A DNA stretch of 64,000 bases from Octopus bimaculoides (Eukaryota). The notes beneath the pieces were generated by a model that was given only the letters and a program-made list of their open reading frames with translations, was not told the origin of the DNA and did no database searches. Each line of letters opens with the position of its first letter. Positions within the stretch are counted from its first letter, which is position 1. Shown one piece after another: positions 50,425 through 62,099 of this stretch. Location of the stretch: positions 159,355,077 to 159,419,076 of the forward strand of contig NC_068981.1 in the NCBI RefSeq assembly GCF_001194135.2, read 5' to 3'. Position numbers and translations under genes: made by a program.

Positions 50425-50884
50425 CTGTGATATGTTAACAAGATACTGAACAACAGCTTCCTTCTACAGATTTACCTATCAGTGGTGTGAGTAAAAACTG
50501 AATGGAAAATATTCAGTGGTAGTGCTGCACCAACCTAATTAGAAATAGATGTGTGGTGTGGTTCATTTTTTCCTTTATGTGTTCCAACTCAAAAGTTGTA
50601 GCCATACTGGGACATGGCCATTTATGTTGTTGTAGAGATCCTGGAGATGGAACCCAGTGTTTTTCACGTGCTCCATACTACTGAAAGACAGTATTGAAAT
50701 TGAACCTTCTTCAATAAAATCAACAGATCTCAAATTTTAAACAGGGCAGTTGAATAAGACTGATCCAGTTTGTAACTGGTACTATATTCTATCAATCCCC
50801 CCACCACATACACACACACACAGATGAAAAGCAAAGTTGACTGAGACAAGATATGAATTCAGAAAGTAAAGAAGTGTAACTATA

Positions 50885-52175
50885 TTGGGCTGGTAACTAA
50901 GTTCCTGCCACTTTTTTCAATTTTGGAATTTATTGCGTTTTTAAATTTTGGAATCTATTTGTTTTCGAGAATTCTATTTTTGAATCATTTTGGAATCAAT
51001 TTTGTTTTTTTTTTCTAGTTTATTTTAGTTAATTTTTGTTTATTTTCAGATCATTAAAATGGAATGTCAAGTTAAGAAAAACGAGCATTTTCGATACCTC
51101 CTCCTTTTTGCTTTTAATCAAAGTTCTAAGGCCACAAAAACTGCTCGCAACATTTGTGCTGTGTATGGAGAGGGTACCATAGCTGAATGAACCGCTCATG
51201 ATTGATATGCCAAGTTCAAAAATGGAAATTTTGACCTCAAAGATGCACCTCATTTTGGCCATCCAGTTAAGTTCAGTGATGAGCGATTAAACCAGCTTTT
51301 GCATGAAAATTCTAGTCAAACAAGGGAACTAGCAGAGAAAATGGAATGCTCCCACACTGCTATAGAGAAGCATCTTCACTCGATGGGAAAGGTTCAGAAG
51401 TATGGTGCATGGGTTCCGCATGCTTTAAGTGACAACAACAAAAATCAACGAGCCACAATCTCCGCTAGTTTGCTTGCTCGTCACCGCTCAACTCATGGAC
51501 ACAAGCAACGATTTCTTTTCCGAATCATTACTGGTGACGAAAAATGATGCCTATACATCAATATGAAGCAGCGTAAGGAATGGCTTAGCCCTGGTAAACA
51601 AGCGACACCACACGTGAAACAAGATCTTCATCTGCGTAAAACGATGTTGTGCGTATGGTGGGACTGGGAAGGGATTTTCCATTATGAATTGCTTGAACGG
51701 AACCAAACGGTCAACGCGGAACTCTATGTTCAACAGATGGAATGACTCAACATGACTATTCAAGAGAAAAGACCTAATTGGCAGCATGGAGTTCTTCTGC
51801 TGCACGACAACACCCGCCTTCATGTTGCCAATATGACCAAGGAAGCCATTTAAACGCATGGCTGGGAAGTGCTGCCACAACCCATCATACTCTCCTGATT
51901 CAGCACCAATGGATTTCCACCCCTTTTGATCTCTTTCAATGCTATGCGCGGAGTTTCGTTCAATACTGATGCAGAATTGAGAGCTTGGTTGGATCAATTT
52001 TCCGAGTCGAAATCGGGTGATTTCTACCAAGGTATTGAAAATCTTGTTGAACATTGGGAAGAAGTTGTAAACAACAAGGGTGAATACATTATTGATTAAT
52101 TAGTTGTTATTTTTTATTAAACCTTTTAAAAAATTTTAATTTTAAAAAATGGTGGGAACTTAGTTGCCAACCCAA
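50885..52175 (+). mobile_element. Full-length inactive mariner, second family
   Basis: TA-flanked TIRs ttgggctggtaactaagttcctgccac / tggtgggaacttagttgccaacccaa. Transposase from ATG 51059 (MECQVKKNEHFRYLLLFAFN...WVPHAL...TGDEK*...MLCVWWD...HDN) with in-frame stops. Confidence 0.96.
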
Positions 52176-52244
52176 TAAACAGTGCAATCCATGCTGTCAA
52201 ATGCTCCACTGATTTTTCCCACCCAGCACCCAAGCAAAAGCAAT

Positions 52245-53680
52245 AATGTTTTCAAATTTTGGGACAAGGTTAGCAAATTTAGGGGAAGAGTAAGCTGATT
52301 ATATCAGCCCCAGTCCTTGACTGGTACATTATTTTATCAATCCAGAAGAGTCAAAAAGGCAAAGTAGACCTTGATGAAATTTGAACTCAGAACGAAAAGT
52401 GTTGGAAGAAATGCTGCTAAGCGTTTTGTCCAGTGTGCCAAAGACTCTGCTAGCTCATTACCTGAATAAGTAATAACAACAATATTTTCAAATTTTGGCA
52501 CAAGGCCGGCAATTCTGGGAGTGGGGTAAGTTGATTACATCAACTCCAGTGCTCAACTGGTGCTTATTTTATCAACTCCGAAAGAATGAAAGGCAGATGT
52601 AAACACAGGTGAAATGCCACTAAGCATTTTCCTTAGCATGCTAACAATTCTGCCTCAATAGGAATAATAATAATGGTTTCAAATTTAAGCACAAATTCAG
52701 CAGTTTTTTAGGAAGAAGGAGATTAGTTGATTATAGTGGCTTCAATATTTAATTGGTACTTTATTTTGTTGTCACTGAAGGGATGAAAGGCAAAACTGAA
52801 TTCAGATTTGAATTTAGAATATAAAGAGCCAGAAGACACACCACAAAGCGTTTTGTCACACTCTACCCATCTTTCTGCTTTAACAATGATGAGGAGAGAA
52901 TTTCTATTATTTGCCACAGGGGCATGAGATGAAGGGGACATTACAAGGACAGTTTACAGTTTGTGTGTGGACCTTACATAAAAGATGAGGCGAAGAAAGG
53001 GAAAAAAGAAGGAAATGTGATAAAAAGTATACATAGTATACAAAATCTGAACACATGGATGATGCAGTCATTCTGATACAACAGAGCCTCAAACTAGGGC
53101 CAATGAAGGAACCCCACAGGTCCAGTATCACTTTGACTACTAAAGACATCAGCCCTGACTTAACTATTGTTTTCTGATCTATAGGTGCATGCTTAGAGTA
53201 GTTCCATTAATAATAATTCTTTCTATTGTAAGCACAAGGCATGAAATTTGGGGGGAAGGGGCTAATAGATTATATTGAATTCAGTGTTCAGCCGGTGCTT
53301 ATTTTATTGACCCCGAAAGTATGAAAGGCAGAGTCAACCTTGGTAGCATTTGGACTCAGAATGTACAGATGGATGAAATACCACAAGGTATTTCATCTGG
53401 CATGCTAACAATTCTGCCAGCTCACCTTATTATTATTATTATTATTATTACTCCTGCTATAATTAAGGCAGTGAGCTGGTAGCATCATTAGCATGCCAGG
53501 CGAAATACTTAGTGGTGTTTTGTCTACCACTACATTCTGAGTTCAAATTCTGCCGAGATCAACTTCGCTTTTCATTCTTTCAGGGTTGATAAATTAAGTA
53601 CCAGTGAAACACTGTAGTCAATGTAATTGACTTAACTCCTCCTCAAAAATTTCAGGCCTTGTGTCTATAGTAGAAAGGAT
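52245..53680. mobile_element. Cluster of five SINE family C copies (four minus, the last plus)
   Basis: Copies at about 52245-52470, 52490-52650, 52675-52880 and 53218-53428 (-), and 53465-53680 (+). Confidence 0.85.
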
Positions 53681-53990
53681 TATTATTATTATTTATAATA
53701 ATAATAATAATATTGAGACAAAAGATTGTCTTAACTGTTATGTCACATGTATTGAGAAGTGAACATTGTCGCTGTGAAATTTCTTTCCTTTTTCCCCTTT
53801 ATTTTCTTTGTTTTCTTTTTCATATTTCTTTTCTTTCCTTCTTTCTTTTTTCTCTCTGTCTTTCTTCCCCCTTTTTTTCTGTCATATGACTCCATAAATG
53901 AACAATCCGGTGTCTTTATGCTAATGGCCTACAATGTATACAGTTAGTTTCTTTGCCCTAGGTGTTGGGAAGACACTTGACAAGAAATGG

Positions 53991-54894
53991 GGATCTTTTC
54001 CCTTTGAACAGCAGATCGAGAAATTAATTTTTTGTAACTAAACACTTTCAAACTTCGGACACTGGTAAAATGTGTCTTATAAAACATCTTTTACTATTAA
54101 TGTTGTTGAGAAAAGTTTATATTTTAAAAATTATTTCGTGTTAAAGTTGTCGTATTTCGGTAATTTCAACCAATCAATGATGTGTATTCAGCTGAATAAA
54201 ATTACTGCTGTTGTTTATCAACAACAACTATCGGTGGTGAATATTTTGTTTGTCACTGTTATTTATGACATCGTTTGTGCGTTTGTACTGGTTTTAGGGT
54301 TAGTTTTAGGGTTAGGGTTAGGGTTTTAGATTTAGGGTTAGAGTTAGGATTAGGGTTTTAGAGTTAGAGTTAAGGTTTTAGGGTTAGGGTTAGGATTTTA
54401 GGGTTAGGGTTAGGGTTGGGGTTTTAGGGTTAGAGTTACGGGAAAAAAAATGAAGAAGGGGGGGGGGCAAAGAAGTTTTTCCGAAAATAGTAGCTGAAAA
54501 ACAGGGAAAAAAACTAAAAGCAGTAGAAATGCACGAACAATTATGGTGGTGCCATGAAGTAAACATGCTTCAGATACACTCGTTTATTTATACAAATATA
54601 ACTGAGATGAAATATGTCATAAATAACAGTAACAAACGAAACATACACTGCTGAAAGTTGTTGTTGACAATCAACAGCAGTAATTTTATTCAGCTGAATA
54701 CACGTCATTGACTGGTTGAAATTACAGAAACACGACAACTTTAACATGAAATAAGTTTGAAAATAGAAACTTTACTCAACAACAGTAAGAGTAAAAGATG
54801 TTTTATATGACCCATTCTACCAGTGTCCAAAGTTTGAAAGTGTCTAGTTACAAAAAATTAATTTTTCGATCTGCCGTTCAATGAGTAAAGATCC
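53991..54894. mobile_element. 904-bp non-autonomous DNA transposon with about 280-bp TIRs, 8-bp TSD and internal degenerate (TTAGGG)n
   Basis: Left arm 53991-54271 and right arm 54615-54894 are reverse complements (GGATC...GATCC ends). The TSD agaaatgg sits at 53983-53990 and 54895-54902. Telomere-like array at 54290-54440. Confidence 0.92.
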
Positions 54895-54944
54895 AGAAAT
54901 GGAAACAAAATTGAACGAAGAGGATAATGATAATAAAAACAATC

Positions 54945-55141
54945 CTTTCTACTATAGGCACAAGGCCTGAAATTTGGGGGCAGGGAACTAGTCAATTATA
55001 TCGACCCCAGTGTTTCACTAGTATTTAATTTATCAACCCCTAAAGTCAACCTCACAGAATCTGAACTCAGAATGTAATGACGGATGGAATGCCACTAAGC
55101 ATTTTGCTTGGCATGCTAACAATTCTGCCAGCTCACCACCT

Positions 55142-55181
<40 letters not shown>

Positions 55182-55690
55182 AACCATAATAATAATAATA
55201 ACAATCCTTTTTTATTTTGGCACAATAGTTTTTGAAGAGAGGGGGAGGTCAATTACATTGACCCCAGTACTTGACCGGTACTTATTTTACTGACTTTGAA
55301 AAGATGAAAGACAAAGTCACCCTCAGCAGAATTTGAACCCAGAATGTAAAGGACCAGAAGAAATGTTGCTAAGTATTTTGTCTGGTGTACTAACGAATCT
55401 GCCATTTTGTTGCCTTGTTAATAATGATAATTCTTTCTACTATAGGCACAAGGCCTGAAATATCTATCAGGAGGGGAAAAATTGATTATGATTATATCAC
55501 CCCCAGTTCTCAAATGATACTGGTTTCCTCAACCACAAAAAGACGGAAAGCAAAGTCACACTTTAACACAAGACCTCACATTTTGTAGTAGGGAGTTTAT
55601 TTAGGGACACTTCAATCAGCTCAAGTATATAACTGGTTTTATTTTATCACGGCAGGAAGGAATAAAAGGCAAAGTCAGTCTGGCAGGATT
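54945..55690 (-). mobile_element. Cluster of degraded SINE family C copies
   Basis: Repeated tail tcctttctactataggcacaaggcctgaaa and core aaagtcaacct..cagaat..gaac. Confidence 0.75.
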
Positions 55691-55974
55691 TAACTCTTTA
55701 GCATTTAAACCAACCATATCTGGTCAAAATATACACCACCGATAGTTGTTGTTGATAAACAACAGCAGTAATTTTATTCAGCTGAATACACATCATTGAT
55801 TGGTTGAAATTACCGAAATGTTCAAACTGGCCAGATCCTACCTACACTAAAATGTCATTTTAAATATAAACAATCACATCACCAAAATCTCAAGGCTACG
55901 AGATAATTCATGTTTAATTCAAAACAATGTGAATAAATAAACATTACATTCTGAATTTAACACTAAAGGGTTAA
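55690..55974. mobile_element. Family F TTAA MITE carrying an 86-bp foreign insert (55734-55819)
   Basis: TTAA-ctctttagcatttaaacc ... cactaaaggg-TTAA. Collinear with 48141-48369 except for the insert. Confidence 0.88.
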
Positions 55975-55992
55975 ATTCAGAATACAAGGAGA

Positions 55993-56034
<42 letters not shown>

Positions 56035-59010
56035 TAGAGACAGACAGACAGACAGTACTTATTTAATCGACCCCAAAAGGATGAAAGGCTAAGTCGACCT
56101 CAGCAGAATTTGAACTCAGAACGTTAAAATGGACGAAATACCACTAAGCATTTCGCCCGGCGTGCTAACGTTTCTGCCAGCTCACCGCCTTAAGTTTCAT
56201 TCAGTTTCTATCTACCAAATCTACTGACATGACTTTGGTTGGTCCTAAGCTATAGTAGAAGACACTTAGACACTTGCCCAAGGTGCCATGCAGTGGGATT
56301 GAACTTGGATCCATATGACTGGGAAAGCAATATCTTACCACACAGCCATGCCTGCACCTATGTTATACAAGAAATTGCTTTTAAAACTAGCACTGTAATC
56401 AACTACATGGTTATATCTGTAAACATTAGTTACTAAAACTTATTGTGGCTATATTTCTATTGAAATATATATATATATTAACAACAAAAACAATATTAAT
56501 ACTGTAAGGCAATTTTTATATCCTGCATGGATGTATTCATTAGAATGTTAAATACTGTAGTATTCATCTTGGAAAGTTCTCTCACATAAACGTACAGTGC
56601 TAATAGCACAAACATATATTGTAGCAAACAAAAACTGTCTGGGATGGGTACCTGAACTGTCAGATCACATGATTTTAGCATACTGTACATCAACAGTAGA
56701 AGGCATGTGGCCCAGTATACCAGCCAAATCTCACTGCCAACGATATCTAGGATAACAGTGACTTTTCAGTCGCTGATGTCAGAAATAACCAGCAGGCTCA
56801 TTAAAAAATGAATATTAAGGACAGAAGCAGTAATGATATCAAATGGCAATCTTTATGCCCAACTCAACATGAAAGCATTATTAGAATGCCAAATGTTGCA
56901 GTATTCACTTTGGGAATATATCAAAGACATATATCAAAGCAGACAAGAATCATCTGGTATGGGCACTGGAAATGCTAGATCATCTGATTTCAACATACTG
57001 TGTTTCTTCAGTTTAGTTAGTTTTTTTAAACATAACTTAAAAGTTCTTACACAGAATTATGATATAAGGTTTAATATATATACAAAGAATAAGAGGCAGT
57101 TTCAGATGAGTTGGTATCAAAAGAGTTAATAACATATTCTCTAATTTTTGTTCTCTCAGTAAGACTATATTCTTCCAATATATATATCCTTCATTATTAC
57201 AAATAAGTAAATAAACTGACATTCTGCTCTTGTTATGAAATGAGTATACACAAAATTGTTTGGATATTATTTGCTTATAGGCATAGGCATAGTCATGTGA
57301 TTAAGAAACTCATTTTGCAGCCATGTGGTTTCAGATTCAGTCCCACTCTGTGGCACCTTGAGAAGTGTCTTCTTCTATAAGCCCCACATGACCAAAGCTT
57401 TGTGAGTGGATCTGGTAGATTGAAACTGTGTAGAAGCTCATCAAATATATAACACGTGTAGTCATTTTATTATCTTGATCTTATGATATTTACTTTGCAT
57501 TATATTATACTTATTTATTGTACTTTTAATTATATGTGACAGTGGATTTTCATCGATGAGTTCATAAACCTTGGTTCTTTTCCCTAATACTATATATTAA
57601 TATATCTATATATATAAATTACCCAAAGTGTACAGTATTATGTATTCATTACAGCCGATCTTACCAATCAGTTTTGAGCTAGAGATTCAACAGTGTTAGG
57701 TAACAATCCAATTATGTAACCATGCACTCATCAGAGGTAGCCAATAAGAGCAGAGTTACATGATCAGATTGTTACCCAACAATCCATTGAATCCCTAGTG
57801 CAAAATCAATTGGTAAGATCTGTTGTAATGGATATATGATATTGTACATTTTGGATAATATACCCACTCTATTAACAGATAAATGAGTGCTTTTTTTTCC
57901 TGAGTATGAACTCTTAGGCGACACACACACACACATATGTATGTGTATTGTGTTTTTGTCTTTGTTCCCAACCACCACTTCACAACAGGTATTGGTTTGA
58001 TTACATCCCTGTAACTTAGGAGTTTGCCAAAAGAGATAGTAGAATAAGTACCAGATTAAAAAAAATAAGTACTGGGTTCAATTTGTCCAGTTAAACCCTT
58101 CAAGTTGGCTGCAATTCAATGACTGAAACAAGTAGCAGATAAATACTATTTTCACAACAATGTTTAACCATTAGGTATAAAGATTACTGTTTCTTACATA
58201 AACATTAAGCTTGAGAAGTTGTAACATGTATGGTTGTTGTTACTGCTGCTGCTATTGCTGTTTAACCCTAGGTCGGACCTGACTGAATAAATTTACAATC
58301 AACAACATTTCTGCAATTGATTAACATTTGCTGTAACAGGTCATCCAACATGGTTAATACACATAGATAGAGCAGTCCTAAATGGCACCTTTTAGGGGTA
58401 TCTAGGACTACATTGTATCTAATGTATTCTTTATTTATTTAAGACTATAGCATGTGACTTGAGAAATATTCACTTGTTATTTCTAGCAGCCATGTAGATG
58501 CTCCTTTGCATCTACATGCAAGGGATGTTGTTAGTAATGAAAATACAATAATATGATTTCAACTGGAAATTCAAACTAAGTCACAGACTTAGCTAACACT
58601 TCTATCACATCTGACATATGTACAGAGATCATTAATAATTAATATTGAGTAAAATAATTGCTTTTGATATCACACACATAGAAAAAGGAGTGGAGGAAAT
58701 AACACTCTGTCAAGTAGTTGACTGTTAAGGTTATCTATGATTTGAAAGTATATTTGATGGTGAAACAATTAGTAAATGCTGCACAGATAAATAAAACAAT
58801 CAAAGCTGACACTGAAGAAAACACCTTCAGTAACTTTATGGAAATGCAAAACAAACATGTTGGTGTTTTATAACTGCAAGAATTAACCAGTGAGTCAACT
58901 TCTGAAAAAACATGTAGAGCCAACAGAGGTGTTCTTAACAGGGCACAAAATCTAGGAATATCCCAAGAAAATACAGTCCTTATTTTTGGCAAAACAAATT
59001 GGCTGGTACT

Positions 59011-59373
59011 CTTTTACTCGTTTCAGTCATTTGACTGCAGCCATGCTGGAGCACCGCCTTTACTTATTCTATCGGTCTCTTTTGCCGAACCGCTAAGTTA
59101 TGGGGACGTAAACACACCAGCATCGGTTGTCAAGCAATGTTGGGGGGACAAACACAGACACACAAACATATACACACACATACATACACATATATATATA
59201 TATATATACAACGGTCTTCTTTCAGTTTCCGTCTACCAAATCCACTCACAAGGCTTTGGTCAGCCCGAGGCTATAGTAGAAGACACTTGCCCAAGATGCC
59301 ACGCAGTGGGACTGAACCCAGAACCATGTGATTGGTAAGCAAGCTACTTACCACACAGCCACTCCTGCGCCTA
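59011..59373 (-). mobile_element. Young SINE family A copy
   Basis: Near-consensus head and tail with many CpGs retained, and a small deletion in the tail. Confidence 0.92.
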
Positions 59374-59904
59374 TTTTNNNNNNNNNNCCACTCACAAGGC
59401 TTTGGTCAGCCCGAGGCTATAGTAGAAGACACTTGCCCAAGATGCCACGCAGTGGGACTGAACCCAGAACCATGTGATTGGTAAGCAAGCTACTTACCAC
59501 ACAGCCACTCCTGCGCCTATTTTACATCTGTAAAAGTTAACCAATGAGTCAACCTCTGAGAAACATGTTGAACCTCCTGATGTGTTTCTAACAGGGGCCA
59601 AACCCTAAAAATATCCCAAGAATATTTTCTCGATACCTATTCTTGGCAGATGTAAATTCATGGTACCTAAGCTAATAGTTCAATATTTTTCTTACTCTCC
59701 CTTTTCACCTCTACATTTTTTTTTTTTTTCCAAAGGCTAAACTTGTAACTGGGAAGTGAAACTAATACCCGTTTCGTTTGATAGATAAAGTTGATTGTGT
59801 ACATTAAACTTGTTCAAACACCCAACAAACAGTAAATGACCCAATCTCTAACCAATTAAGGAATTAAAACTCAATGTGGTGAATGTTTAACAAATATGGA
59901 GATA

Positions 59905-60570
59905 TAAGCACAAGTGTGGCTGTGTTGTGAGAAGCTTGCTTCCCAACCACATGGTTCTGGCTTCAGTTCAACTGCATGGTACTTTGGGAAAATGTCTTCT
60001 ACTATAGCTTTGTGAGTGGATTTGGTAGACAGAGACTGAAAGAAGATCATTGTATGTGTGTGTGTATAGTGAGTGTATGTGTGTGTGTGTGTGTGTGTGT
60101 GAGTCTTTGTATCTGTGTTAGTCCTCACCACTGTTTGACAACTGGTGTTGGCTTAGAAAATTACTATTTGGAAATTTCTCAATGAGAGGTATTCAGCAAC
60201 AATACTCTAAAGTAAAGATTATTTGCCAACATAACACAGCAGTCCTGGTTTAGGACGAATGTTGCTGCAATTTAGCCCCAGGAGACATTGTATCGTATAG
60301 CCAACTGGAGACGATGTCTCCTGGGGCTAAATTACAGCAATATTCGTCCTAAACCAGGACTGCCATGTTATGTTGGCAAATAATCTTTACTCTGGTGTTG
60401 GTTTGCTTGCATCCCTATAATTTAGCAGTTCAGCAAAACAGACTGATAGAATAAGTACCAGGCTTAAAAAAAAGTACTGGGTTTGATTCATTCAACTAAA
60501 AACTTTTCACAGTAGTGCCTCAGCATGGCTGCAATCTAATGATTGAAACAAGTAAAAGATAAAAGGTATA
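59905..60570 (+). mobile_element. SINE family A interrupted by a 240-bp hairpin insertion
   Basis: Head 59905-60050, (TG)n, then a tail split at ctggtgttgg (60142-60151 and 60392-60401). Confidence 0.82.
60152..60391. mobile_element. 240-bp insertion with a 10-bp TSD and a 78-bp-arm inverted repeat
   Basis: Arms 60211-60288 and 60314-60391 differ at 4 positions. TSD ctggtgttgg. Confidence 0.88.
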
Positions 60571-61419
60571 ATGCAAAGAATTCGCATTGGTTCTATTAAA
60601 ACACATTGAGTTTGGTTACATTTAACAACTAGAATAAGCATGAAAAGAGGAAAAAAGACTAAAAAAAGTACTTTGTGGATCTACCATAATTATACTCAAA
60701 AAATTAACTCATTTAGAAAGTACACCTGTTCTTAAGAAAATAATGTCCTGCAAATAACAACGGTACCAATCAGAAAGAGAATATGGACAAAGAGATTTAC
60801 AATGAAAATTCCTTTTATTATAAAAGAACAGAAATATTACATGAAATTAAGTTTTATGTATTTAATGTAACATTCTGAACTTACACAATAATATTAGAGT
60901 GACAAACTCCATGCTAATAAGATTTTTATCTTTAAGTTAATTTCATTTTCAATACAATATTTCAATAGTTTTACAAATACCACACACACACACACATTAA
61001 AACCAACAGCTCGGCTCTCTGGCTTTTTTTTCTATCATTGTTTCCATCTAATAACAATTGTTTTACCAAAATAATCAGAAAGAAGGTGGTATTTTCTAAA
61101 GCTTAAGGTTGTGATTATAAAAATATTAAAATTAGAAAAGGGGAAAACAATATAAGTTAACAATGAGTAATAATTCTTGTTGTTTTAGCTCCATGTGAAA
61201 CCTATAAGTAAAAGCATTCCTCCCATGACCACTCCGTCGATGTTCAAGGGTATTTAGCATTTACATTATCCAGTGTGTTCTTTCCAGTTAAGAGTAGTTG
61301 GGATGAAATTTGAAGGGGATTTGGATATCATTTCTAGCAAGTCGAGCAACCACATTGATGATCTGTTGTTGATCCGGAAAAAGAGAAACATTTGTTTATC
61401 TTTATCTTTTACTTGTTTA

Positions 61420-61820
61420 TCTTTTTCTTTTACTTGTTTCAGTCATTGGACAGCCATGCTGGAGCATCACCTTGAAGTGTTTATAAATTAAATAAATCTC
61501 CCCAATACTTATTTCCATTTTTCTTTCTTTCTTATTTTCTTGGGTCTCTTTCGCTGAACAGCTAGGTTACGGGAACGCAAACAAACCAGTATCGGTTATC
61601 AAGAGGGGGCAGGAGACACAGACACACATAGATAGATAGATAGATAGATAGATAGATCGATACAGCAGGGTTCTACACGGCTTCCATCTACCAAGCTCAT
61701 TCACATTGGTCGGCCAGGAGCTACAGTAAAAGACACTTGACCAAGATACCACGCAGTGGGACTGAACCACAAAGTACGTGGTTGCAAAGCGAGCTTCTAA
61801 ACCAGACAGCCGTGCCAGTG
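61420..61820 (-). mobile_element. Older SINE family A copy with internal (GATA)n
   Basis: Tail ttttacttgtttcagtcattggacagccatgctggagcatcacc; head gatacc..acgcagtgggactgaacc. Confidence 0.8.
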
Positions 61821-62099
61821 CTTATGTTGAATGTAGTTAATAAATAAATATCTCAAGAAACATCTTAATATTCCATTAACTCACAAAGATACCATTATAT
61901 TGTTCAGTGATATCACCTAACTGAGCATAATAATTATTAATTGCTGTTATGGTGCCGTTAACTTGCTCAATAGTGCTCATGCCTTGCGGAGTCAGTCAAC
62001 TGAGTCAATAATGTGACATCACTAAAAGCTCAGATTTGTGCTGCTTTCTAAATGAAATTGTCGTTGATATTGATGATGATGGTGGTGATGGTAATAATA

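Noticed and set aside
54290-54440. True telomere or chromosome-fusion relic
   Set aside because: The array is short, degenerate, single-orientation and enclosed by TIRs and a TSD, so it is transposon cargo rather than a head-to-head fusion site.
59388-59520. Identical 130-bp direct repeat of a SINE-A head
   Set aside because: An exact duplicate either side of a 10-N gap is a typical unmerged contig overlap.
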